From Candidatus Hermodarchaeota archaeon (GTDB lineage: Archaea > Asgardarchaeota > Heimdallarchaeia > Hodarchaeales > Hodarchaeaceae), in contig JBHLKY010000014.1 in assembly GCA_048886185.1 (NCBI GenBank), positions 1-32,000 of the forward strand: 32,000 bases of DNA, in the 5' to 3' direction. Below, in pieces: positions 1-8,204 of this stretch. Position numbers and translations under genes: made by a program. How positions within the stretch are numbered: the stretch's first letter is position 1; the number at the start of each line of letters is the position of its first letter. The notes beneath the pieces are model-generated. The model was given only the letters and a program-made list of their open reading frames with translations. It did no database searches and had not been told where the DNA came from.

Positions 1-293
1 ATCAAATCCCCACTTGAGAATGTGATGTTGTACCCTTCAATTCGTATGGGATCATCAATTGTGCCATTGCCTGGATACCCCGAATTGTTTAGTTGAAAAT
101 CTGAAGTTATGGTTATTGGGCCATGTTCGATGTACGCTTGAGTGCTGGTTCCTTTTAGGGTAGGGTGAGCTATCATTTCATTCATGTGGTGTCTTTCTTT
201 CATGGATTGATGGTCATGTAGCCTTGCCTGATCATTCATTCCTATTAAAAGAAGAGCAAAAATCAAGATGAAGACTATTTTTTGTTTGGCTAT
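1..293 (-). CDS. Partial (runs off window edge) secreted or membrane-anchored NosD/CASH-like beta-helix protein, paralog of the 426..2168 gene; start ambiguous
   Basis: Not in the ORF track. Manual translation: IAKQKIVFILIFALLLIGMND...HGPITITSDFQLNNSGYPGNGTIDDPIRIEGYNITFSSGDL, which aligns with HDPILITSDSQFTELGFLGSGSMEDPYRIEGLEITATNGDL of the neighbour. An in-frame TGA lies just upstream of KKIAKQ, so the start is ATA(293), TTG(266), ATG(239), or GTG(303) with a 1-nt frameshift. Confidence 0.8.
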   Translation of the reverse strand, partial: MAKQKIVFILIFALLLIGMNDQARLHDHQSMKERHHMNEMIAHPTLKGTSTQAYIEHGPITITSDFQLNNSGYPGNGTIDDPIRIEGYNITFSSGDL

Positions 294-425
294 TTTCTTT
301 CACCTTCTAATAAGTGATCTGCGTGTTCTCCAGCTTGAAAGTTCTTATATTAGCAGTGTATTTTCCAATCTGGAAACTAGCCTTTTGCCTTTCAAGAACA
401 GTTGTGGATGTTTTTTTCATTCATT

Positions 426-2168
426 TCACATATAATAAGTGCCTTCTTTTTCTTTTAACCGTGTTATTGTGACTTTAAGTGTTTCTTTTAGGGTATACAG
501 CAAGTTAAATCCCTTTTGGGTGATGGTATAGTTTCTATAGCGGCCATCTCGAAGGACTTGGGATGATACATATGATTCGATATAATCTAGTTCCTTTAAT
601 TTCTTGATTTCTTTTGACAGAGTTGAGGCTGCGATATCTAAGCTTTGGGCTAATTTTGCTGGGTTGGTATCGCTTGGATCTTGATAAGCGATCTCAATCA
701 GTGTTAAGATGGTTCGCCATTTCATCCCTGACTGGAGGTCATTCTTTATATCAGAGGGAAAGAATTCGACCAGAGAGATCGGTTCAGCAGATTCTAAGAG
801 GGGGACTGTGATTGGTTGAGGTAGTACTCTTGTCTGTAGATTTTCAATTCCTACTACGAGTTTATCATAAATGGGTCTTATTCTCTCGATTTGTTCTGTT
901 GTATTTAATTCTGTAAAAGGTTCTTCTGACTCATCTTCATGTTTTTTCTCTCTTGACCTGAAGAGGTAATAACTTCCGCTGATGCTCCCTCCCAATGCTA
1001 CTAGAAGGATTCCAAGAAAGATTATAATCCCTAAATTATCGGGGGATTTTTGTGCATTCTCTATCGCATCAGGAGAATATTCTGCTAGTGGATATGGATC
1101 AGTATTATTGCTTTTGCCATCAAGTTGATACGACGTGTCTATGATCAAATCTTCATCCAGATCAAGAAGTGGCTGATCATCCCAATAATTATATTGAAAG
1201 ATATTATTGTTTCCGTCATCAACAGCTTGTGTTTCTCCTCCGTTATTTCCGGCAAAATTATTGAATTGGATTGAATTATCGTTTGAGCCTAGGGTGGCTA
1301 AGATCCCATACTCTTGATTGTCAGTAATATTATTGTAATTAAGCCTGTTTCTTGAGGCGTATTCTAGACGGATCCCATATTTTTGGTTCAGTTGGATGGT
1401 ATTATTTGTTATCGTGTTATCATGGGCCGAGTTTAGGAGATTAATCCCATAAATGCTTTTGAACAATTCATTTTCTGTTATCACGGTTTTGGAGGTATGA
1501 TCTAGGAGGATGTTGTTTTGAGTATGCTTTCCATCCTGATGGTCGTGAATGGAGTTATTACTAACTCTTATCGTCTGACTATTCTTTATGTGTATCCCAT
1601 TTCCATTATTTTTTTGGACAACATTAGATGTGATATTACTATTGATTACTCTCTCGAAAAATATCCCAAATTTATTGTTTAATGTGATGTTATTGTTTAT
1701 ACAAATAATTTCAGAGGTATTACTAACTCTTATTCCATCCTCACAATTACTGATTAGGTTTTTTTCTATTCTAGCGTGTTGAACATTTGAAAGGCGGATC
1801 CCTGATGATGCTGTGGTCGATCCATCCAGATAATTATTAATAATATGGAAAGTGACTGTTGTATTGTTGATTGATATTAAATCCCCGTTTGTTGCGGTGA
1901 TTTCGAGTCCTTCAATCCGATAGGGATCTTCCATACTCCCAGACCCTAAGAACCCGAGTTCTGTAAATTGGCTATCAGAGGTGATCAAAATGGGATCATG
2001 GGGAGTTTTTGTCTCAATTTTTCCTCTTTTTGTTTGTAATTCTTCCAATGGAATGACTGGATCACTAAGTTCACTAGTTTCCACCTTGATTCGGATATTT
2101 GTCTCATCACTTGTACCTATCATTATTATTATAATGAATATTGTGATTAACAGCTTATATTGACTCAA
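426..2168 (-). CDS. Membrane-anchored NosD-like right-handed beta-helix protein with a C-terminal cytoplasmic MarR-like winged helix
   Basis: TTG start; N-terminal hydrophobic signal (LLITIFIIIIMIG); Asn-rich beta-helix repeats (NNxIxxNxxxGI); NosD-type YWDD...DPYPL motif; TM LGIIIFLGILLVALGGSISGSYYLF followed by RSREKK; wHTH LAQSLDIAASTLSKEIKKLKELDYI...DGRYRNYTITQKG. Confidence 0.85.
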   Translation of the reverse strand: MSQYKLLITIFIIIIMIGTSDETNIRIKVETSELSDPVIPLEELQTKRGKIETKTPHDPILITSDSQFTELGFLGSGSMEDPYRIEGLEITATNGDLISINNTTVTFHIINNYLDGSTTASSGIRLSNVQHARIEKNLISNCEDGIRVSNTSEIICINNNITLNNKFGIFFERVINSNITSNVVQKNNGNGIHIKNSQTIRVSNNSIHDHQDGKHTQNNILLDHTSKTVITENELFKSIYGINLLNSAHDNTITNNTIQLNQKYGIRLEYASRNRLNYNNITDNQEYGILATLGSNDNSIQFNNFAGNNGGETQAVDDGNNNIFQYNYWDDQPLLDLDEDLIIDTSYQLDGKSNNTDPYPLAEYSPDAIENAQKSPDNLGIIIFLGILLVALGGSISGSYYLFRSREKKHEDESEEPFTELNTTEQIERIRPIYDKLVVGIENLQTRVLPQPITVPLLESAEPISLVEFFPSDIKNDLQSGMKWRTILTLIEIAYQDPSDTNPAKLAQSLDIAASTLSKEIKKLKELDYIESYVSSQVLRDGRYRNYTITQKGFNLLYTLKETLKVTITRLKEKEGTYYM

Positions 2169-2420
2169 TTTCCTTTTACCACTAATCTATAATCAAATTA
2201 TCAGAGGATACTCTTCTACAAAGAATTTTTCTTGTTTCTTGTGTTTTAATCAAGCAGGAAATTTTTCATATCTTTCTTTTTATGGATATCCTTTTGTCTG
2301 ATTCCTTTAGCATAACTTACTAAACCTCACACCCGCCTATGGTTTTTAACTCGTATTATGAGAAAATTGTTTTATTGAAATGCATTACATTTATTAACTA
2401 GGTATATAAAAATATAGTAA

Positions 2421-3143
2421 ATGTCCTTTATTCTTCCGAAAGTATGGATGCTATTGAAGCACATTCCTCCCAAAACTACTCAAACATTTACAGATCTTGA
2501 GAAACATGGGTTTAATCCGAGAACCCTTTCGAAGTACTTACAAATCGCTCAAAAAAGCAATCTTTTAATAAAACAGGGACAAGCTTATCTGTTAACAGAG
2601 CTGGGAATCCTTTACACCCATCTTGTGCGTCAACTCGAGGAATTAACCTCTTTTCTAGACATTCTAGAGAAAATTCCTCGGAGAGAGATTCATTCTTTTT
2701 TGCAGATTCATGTTCCCCTCTTAAAGAGGTATTATTCTAACCGATTGAAGGGCATCGTGTTATTTGGGTCATCAGCTACGACTGCGTGGCGGCCTGACAG
2801 TGATATTGACCTCTTTATTGTGGTTCAGGATTGGAACATGCCTACGTGGGAGCGAGCCACTGAATTGTATAAAATTCGTCTTGCAACATTGGACTTAATA
2901 GAGGATGTCTTTGATCTTCCTGTGTCTTACTATCCCTTGGATCAGGTAGAAACAGGTAGGTTCCACGCCATTTATCCTGATATTCAACGAAATGGCATCA
3001 TTCTCTGGCAAGAGGAGGATTTCATGCTGAGATTGTTTGATTCCATCCGAGAGGGATTGAAACAAGAAGATAAAATCCATATCACAACTCCTGATGGTGA
3101 GTCGCTATGGATCGCTCAAAAAATAATGTCGAGAGATATTTGA
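2421..3143 (+). CDS. Minimal nucleotidyltransferase (MNT, MntA-like antitoxin) with an N-terminal winged helix
   Basis: LFGSSATTAWRPDSDIDL matches the GSx10DxD motif; N-terminal NPRTLSKYLQIAQKSNLL...YLLTELG resembles a wHTH; overlaps the downstream HEPN gene. Confidence 0.85.
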   Translation: MSFILPKVWMLLKHIPPKTTQTFTDLEKHGFNPRTLSKYLQIAQKSNLLIKQGQAYLLTELGILYTHLVRQLEELTSFLDILEKIPRREIHSFLQIHVPLLKRYYSNRLKGIVLFGSSATTAWRPDSDIDLFIVVQDWNMPTWERATELYKIRLATLDLIEDVFDLPVSYYPLDQVETGRFHAIYPDIQRNGIILWQEEDFMLRLFDSIREGLKQEDKIHITTPDGESLWIAQKIMSRDI

Positions 3144-3565
3144 GGATCGCCAAGAAAGCCCAACAACGAGCTGCTGATTGGGTTCGTAATGCTGAAGTGG
3201 CATTGGAAGAAAACCGCTGGAATGATGTTGTATACAGTGCCCAGACGGCTGCTGAACAGTCCTTGAAGAGTATTTTGCTTGCCTTAGGAGTTTCCTATAA
3301 GAAGGTTCATGATATTAGTGTCCCCTTTCGTTTACTGAGGAATGAGGAGATTCTCTCTGAGCAGTTTCGCACTCGAATCCCGATCTTTGCCGAATGGCTT
3401 ATTCAATTGACTCATGAAAGACATTTAGCGGGATATGGTTTTGAGGAGGATCTGGAAGAGGACTACTTCAAAGACTATGCGCCTCAAAGTCTGGATAAAT
3501 GCAAGGAGATTCATAAGACCTGTATACTAGAGCTTGACAGAATTTCGAAAAGGTTGTTCAACTAA
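3107..3565 (+). CDS. HEPN domain protein (COG2250-like), partner of the MNT
   Basis: Typical HEPN N-terminus (AEVALEENRWNDVVYSAQTAAEQSLKSIL), KVHDI motif, ERHLAGYG in place of the RY motif; 37-nt overlap with the MNT gene. Confidence 0.85.
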   Translation: MDRSKNNVERYLRIAKKAQQRAADWVRNAEVALEENRWNDVVYSAQTAAEQSLKSILLALGVSYKKVHDISVPFRLLRNEEILSEQFRTRIPIFAEWLIQLTHERHLAGYGFEEDLEEDYFKDYAPQSLDKCKEIHKTCILELDRISKRLFN

Positions 3566-3570
3566 TTCCA

Positions 3571-3798
3571 TTGTCAGTGAACATTGCATTTGTTCCAACT
3601 GGTACAACAACGACTTGTTCATCTGAAGTTGCCCTTGTTATGGTTATGAATGTTCAACCACAACTTATAGTCCCGATTCATGGCAACAAACAAGATTTGA
3701 AGCAATTCGATGTCCTTGTGAAAAAAGTGTTATCAGATTTAGAGGTGATTGTTCTAACAAGTTTAGTACCTGTTAAAATCTCTTTAAATCGTGATTAA
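3571..3798 (+). pseudogene. 3' remnant of a metallo-beta-lactamase-fold hydrolase (COG2220/UPF0173-like)
   Basis: NIAFVPTG...ALVMVMNVQPQLIVPIHG...DLKQFDVLV...EVIVL resembles the D-I-A-F-x-P-I-G...PKxVIPMH C-terminus of this family. The HxHxDH half is absent and an in-frame TGA lies at 3535-3537. Confidence 0.6.
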
Positions 3799-3826
3799 CT
3801 TTATTGTCTTTAATCTAAGGTTAGTT

Positions 3827-4321
3827 CTAACTTTTTACACTAGGTTCTAACCATCTCGTTTCAATAAAGGAGATAGTATTTTTATCAGGATCTTGGATTG
3901 TAAACATTGATATCATATCTGGAATATCTATAATATCGGAAGTCTTAACTTTTTTTGTTTCCAAAACTGTTTTAATTTCTTCTAGATTAGTTGTTGTAAT
4001 ATTTAGTACGTTTACGGGAATAAATTCTTTTTTTCGAGACAAACTAATCCCTAAATATGCCCCTTTAACAGGAAGCTTGTATTCGCACCAGCCCATTTCC
4101 GCTGGAGCCTCAAAATTCTTTTCTAGTTCTAAGACTGTTTCATAAAACGTTTTTGCTCTTTCCATATCTGAAACAGGATGTACAGTGTATAAGGAATCAT
4201 TACCATATAATTTCGTTATCGGTTTAACTTTTGGTTTGTTAACTACTGTTTTTTTCGTGGTTGTTGTCTTTTTCTTAGTAGTAGCTTTTTTGGTTGAACT
4301 TACTCTTTTTTTTCGTGGCAT
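3827..4321 (-). CDS. VOC (glyoxalase/bleomycin-resistance) family protein with a Lys/Thr-rich N-terminal tail
   Basis: VSDMERAKTFYETVLEL and FTIQDPDKNTISFIE are VOC signatures; the first 37 aa contain 15 K/R and no acidic residues. Confidence 0.85.
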   Translation of the reverse strand: MPRKKRVSSTKKATTKKKTTTTKKTVVNKPKVKPITKLYGNDSLYTVHPVSDMERAKTFYETVLELEKNFEAPAEMGWCEYKLPVKGAYLGISLSRKKEFIPVNVLNITTTNLEEIKTVLETKKVKTSDIIDIPDMISMFTIQDPDKNTISFIETRWLEPSVKS

Positions 4322-4552
4322 ATTATTAATCTCCCTAAGACCTAGATTCTAAAGGATGTATATCACATTCTTCAATCAGTAATTAAATTCCTTCTTCTCT
4401 GAATATCGCTAAACCCGACATAAATAGTATCTGCTAAAAAAAAACATCTCACCGTTCCCTCATGTTTCTTACTCCATTTTCTTCTTCGATAGATAGCTAT
4501 TCGAAAAGCCCACAGAAGTAATATAAAATCAGGAATGTGGATCCAAAATGAA

Positions 4553-5494
4553 TTAACTCTTTTTTTTCCGATTGGTTGTTTTCTTGTATAGCTCTGCTAG
4601 ATCATCTAGATCAACATCATCTATTAAATCCTTGATTTCTTTATCAAGATTAGATTTCTTACTCACTGAAGAATTTGCTTTAATCTCATCTAGTACCGTT
4701 CTTAGTTCTTCTTCAAAGCTTCCTTTCACTAGCACAGAACTCTGTAATTTTGCTTGTCCCTTTTGAGTCAACCTGTAAACTTGATCGTGCTTGACAAATT
4801 CAATCTCCCCACTAGCTAATAATTGACGTAGAATTCTCATAATTTTATCTCTATCGTACTCCACTTGTCCTGTTTTCGAGATAATCTCTAATTGACCGAG
4901 TATTGATAAGATAGGCAGTCCCGTTTCATGACCATTAATCATATCCAAGATGTAAATGGTGAGGAACCTCGAGAGTCTGTCGGGTAGTGTTTGATCTTCT
5001 TCTGTTAACCGATTCTTGATCCAAGTAAGGACAAGTTCAAAATCCTGTGGTCTTTGTGCTGTACTCGAAAACACCCTATGTGGTCGATCAAGCCTGTTTA
5101 GGATATCTAACTGTTCGATAATGCCTGAAGGATGGACTTGAGCGATATCCTTCTTATGGAAAAGAATCGCCAAGGGTTTTCCTATTGAATGTGGGTGATT
5201 AAGTATTTTCTCAAATTCAGGGATTACTTCTGAAAACCTTCCTTCATCACTGCCATCAATGACGAAGATTATAGCCTCTACATATTCAATAAATTTCGAC
5301 ACAAAACCTCTTACTTCTTTTCTTCCCCCAACTTCTATGATATTGAAAGTTGTTGTATTAAGTGTAATTTCCGATGTATGTTGAGCTGTAGCAGGGGTTC
5401 CTTGAGTGAATAGTCCTTGCTGAAAAGAGTTAATCAAGGTAGATTTTCCACTTTTTTCTAATCCATATAATAGTACCTGAATAGAAATTGGCAG
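4553..5494 (-). CDS. Arf-like small GTPase fused to a C-terminal winged helix; start extended to CTG at 5494 (313 aa)
   Basis: The frame continues upstream of the ORF-track TTG (5437) as CTG CCA ATT TCT ATT CAG GTA CTA TTA TAT GGA TTA GAA AAA AGT GGA AAA TCT ACC = (M)PISIQVLLYGLEKSGKST (P-loop), bounded by TAG. G3 is IEVGG; IIFVIDGSD; G4 is FHKKD; wHTH DRDKIMRILRQLLASGEI...YRLTQKG. Confidence 0.85.
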   Translation of the reverse strand: MPISIQVLLYGLEKSGKSTLINSFQQGLFTQGTPATAQHTSEITLNTTTFNIIEVGGRKEVRGFVSKFIEYVEAIIFVIDGSDEGRFSEVIPEFEKILNHPHSIGKPLAILFHKKDIAQVHPSGIIEQLDILNRLDRPHRVFSSTAQRPQDFELVLTWIKNRLTEEDQTLPDRLSRFLTIYILDMINGHETGLPILSILGQLEIISKTGQVEYDRDKIMRILRQLLASGEIEFVKHDQVYRLTQKGQAKLQSSVLVKGSFEEELRTVLDEIKANSSVSKKSNLDKEIKDLIDDVDLDDLAELYKKTTNRKKKS

Positions 5495-5643
5495 TTTTGT
5501 CCCCTACTAATGAGGTATTATTAATTTATTATAAGAGGATTTATTTATTTTTAGTTTTTCTTTGTTACACTATAACATCCTAATCCTTTAAGTCATGAGA
5601 TTAAATCATGTTTAACAGTTAAGAACACCAGGGATAGAATCAT

Positions 5644-7818
5644 ATGTCTACAACAGATCAGGAAATTACATTTGGACATGCAACTATTCATCCTAAGAAT
5701 GATGTTGTCGCAGGAAGTTATGGAACTTGGATTCTGACCCTAACGGTTGGAACACATGGTATAGATGATGGAGGACACATTAGAATCGCGTGGAGAGACG
5801 TTTCTGATTGGAGAAGACCTCAATTCTCGAATCCAACTCTACCAAACTACACCACTGTTACCACAACAGGAAAAGCGGAATTGGATGTCTGTTTTGAGAA
5901 TAGAGGCTATATTCGTCCATGGAGGCCCTGTTTAACCATCACGATATATGATGGGTTTTTAGCGATGGGGGATACTGTAACTGTCATTTATGGGGATACC
6001 AGTGAAGGAGGACCTGGTTCCATGGCTCAAACGTTTGTAGAAGATAGTTTTGAGTTCCGAGTTCTTGTGGATCCTTTTGGAACGGGTCAATATGAAATAA
6101 TTGATGACTCCCCTGTTCTGGAAGTAGTTGCTGGGGAACCAGAGACACTCCAAGTAACAGCTCCATCAGAGACAGTAATTGAGAATCCCACGTGGTTTTC
6201 TATAAAAATAGAAGATAAATGGGGAAATCTCACGAAGAATTATACTGGAACAGTGACGTTTTCTTCCAGTGATCTCCAAGTAAGTCTTCCAAAGCCATAC
6301 ACTTTTAAATCTGAAGATAGGGGGAGTCATCGATTTGAGAATCTCACCTTCCACACCGCTGGGATTCATAACATCACTGTTTCTGATGTGAAAAGCAAAT
6401 TAATCACTATAAGTAACCCTGTTGTTGTTTATAAAGATCCAATGGAATTAAAGTTATACTGGGGAGACCTACATGGACAAACAGAAGAAACCATTGGCAC
6501 TGGAACAGTTGATCAATATTTTCGTTTTGCTCGGGATGCTGCGGCGCTTGATTTTGTATCTCATACAGGAAACGACTTTCAAATCACCAATGATCACTAT
6601 CAGGACACTCAAAGAATAGTAAAAAAATATCATGTCCCAGGAAGATTTATCACCTTTCTTGGCTATGAATGGTCAGGGAATACCCCATCAGGGGGAGACC
6701 ATAATGTCTACTTCTTTAAAGATGACCAATCTATACATCGAAGTAGTCATACTCAAATAAAGGATAAATCAGATATTGAAACTGATCGTTACCCTATTCC
6801 CCGACTATTTGATACTTTTCGTGGAAGAAATGATGTTTTGATTGTTCCACATGTCGGAGGACGCCATGCAGTTTTGGATTATTATGATTCTTCATTAACA
6901 CCATTTATCGAGATTTCATCTGTACATGGGCACTTTGAATGGTTTGCTCGAGATGCAATGAAGCGAGGGTTGAAAGTTGGTTTTATTGGAGGCAGTGATG
7001 ACCACACCGGCAGGCCTGGAGGAGCACGGCCCACTTCAATGGTTGAGGCTGTAATTGGTGGGCTGATGGCTACTTACGCAAGGAATTTAACTCGAGAATC
7101 CTTATGGGATGCCTTTCGAAAGCGTCATGTCTATGCTACTACTGGAAAAAGAATCATCTTGCGTGTTACGTGTGGTGATGCGATGATGGGAGACGAACTT
7201 ACCCTTAATCATCCTCCAACGATATTTGTGAAAGTATTTGGTACATCTGGTTTAGAAAAAGTAGAAATTATCAGGGGAACAGATGTTGTGTATGTCCATC
7301 AATTGAATCTGTCCAAAAAATTGCCTAATATGATCAAGATAGTGTGGAGTGGTGCTAGAGTAACTACCAGACGAAGAAACACTGATTGGAGTGGGGAATT
7401 CACAATCGAAAAGGGGAAAATTCTATCAGCCAAGGAGTTTGCTTTTGATCTTCCATGGGATGGAATCATTAAACAGACAGAACAGAGGGTGTGTTGGTCC
7501 TCAACAACTTCCGGGGATTCTGATGGAATTATTCTAAAAGTAGAGGCATCAGATGAGACTTGGATGACATTCAACACAGAAATTGCTCATATTTCCTTCC
7601 AACTAACCCAACTACAGAAACCATTGATCTTGGAAGCAGGAGGAATTGACCAAAAAGTGGAAATATCATATCTTTCAGAAAAACCAGCTTCAAATCATGT
7701 AACGTTTGAATATACTGATCGAGAGGTAAACCAAGGTGTCAACGCGTATTATGTAAGGGTTTTACAAGACGATGGAGAAAAAGCTTGGTCTAGTCCCATT
7801 TTTGTTAATTTTGAGTAA
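5644..7818 (+). CDS. DUF3604-family PHP-like metal-dependent hydrolase with Ig-like N-terminal domains
   Basis: YWGDLHGQT, GYEWS..GGDHNVYF, PHVGG, GFIGGSDDHTGRPG, YATTG and the terminal YYVRVLQDDGEKAWSSPI are characteristic of DUF3604. Confidence 0.85.
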   Translation: MSTTDQEITFGHATIHPKNDVVAGSYGTWILTLTVGTHGIDDGGHIRIAWRDVSDWRRPQFSNPTLPNYTTVTTTGKAELDVCFENRGYIRPWRPCLTITIYDGFLAMGDTVTVIYGDTSEGGPGSMAQTFVEDSFEFRVLVDPFGTGQYEIIDDSPVLEVVAGEPETLQVTAPSETVIENPTWFSIKIEDKWGNLTKNYTGTVTFSSSDLQVSLPKPYTFKSEDRGSHRFENLTFHTAGIHNITVSDVKSKLITISNPVVVYKDPMELKLYWGDLHGQTEETIGTGTVDQYFRFARDAAALDFVSHTGNDFQITNDHYQDTQRIVKKYHVPGRFITFLGYEWSGNTPSGGDHNVYFFKDDQSIHRSSHTQIKDKSDIETDRYPIPRLFDTFRGRNDVLIVPHVGGRHAVLDYYDSSLTPFIEISSVHGHFEWFARDAMKRGLKVGFIGGSDDHTGRPGGARPTSMVEAVIGGLMATYARNLTRESLWDAFRKRHVYATTGKRIILRVTCGDAMMGDELTLNHPPTIFVKVFGTSGLEKVEIIRGTDVVYVHQLNLSKKLPNMIKIVWSGARVTTRRRNTDWSGEFTIEKGKILSAKEFAFDLPWDGIIKQTEQRVCWSSTTSGDSDGIILKVEASDETWMTFNTEIAHISFQLTQLQKPLILEAGGIDQKVEISYLSEKPASNHVTFEYTDREVNQGVNAYYVRVLQDDGEKAWSSPIFVNFE

Positions 7819-7886
7819 AGAAGTTAGGTACTATTCTGTCAAAAGTCTCTAACTTCTATTTTGATCGATCTCTTTTATCCGAGGTA

Positions 7887-8204
7887 TTATTCCTCAATGC
7901 GCTCCATTTTAAAGATGACTGGTCGAATTCCATCCGTACAGCACGCTATCATCGTATCATCATCTTTCATCCAGTTCCATGAGTACGAACCGAAATTACC
8001 TCCAGTCATAAGGGCTAACAGGAGTCTATGAAGGTCATGCCAGGCATATCCACAAAATCCTTCAGGCATTTGCATGGGGCTTTCAGCTATGAACTCATCC
8101 CCTACTTTAAATTTTGTACATATTCCAGTCTTAGATTTACAATATTCATCAGCCAATTCCTGATTAACAGTAAGTTTTAACACACTTATTTTGCATTTAA
8201 CCAT
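7887..8204 (-). CDS. TIGR04076-family small Cys-containing protein (start moved to MVKCK, 105 aa)
   Basis: KCKISVLK...CTKFKVGDEF...PEGFCGYAWHDL...IACCTDGIRPVIFKMERIEE matches the family pattern; the upstream 34 codons of the ORF call look non-coding. Confidence 0.8.
   Translation of the reverse strand: MVKCKISVLKLTVNQELADEYCKSKTGICTKFKVGDEFIAESPMQMPEGFCGYAWHDLHRLLLALMTGGNFGSYSWNWMKDDDTMIACCTDGIRPVIFKMERIEE

Noticed and set aside
3535-3537. In-frame TGA upstream of the MBL fragment as possible selenocysteine readthrough
   Set aside because: A TAA follows a few codons further upstream, the intervening peptide is not MBL-like, and no SECIS was evident.
4300-4321. PRKKR resembling a nuclear localisation signal
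   Set aside because: Expected by chance in a Lys-rich tail and has no meaning in a cell without a nucleus.
4486-4506. Imperfect palindrome TTCGATAGATAGCTATTCGAA downstream of the GTPase gene
   Set aside because: Short, mismatched and without a U-tract; not distinguishable from chance.
5437-5437. ORF-track starts at 5437, 8306, 12740, 16934, 20327 and 21537
   Set aside because: Motif boundaries and Shine-Dalgarno positions favour 5494, 8204, 12761, 16895, 20291 and 21597.
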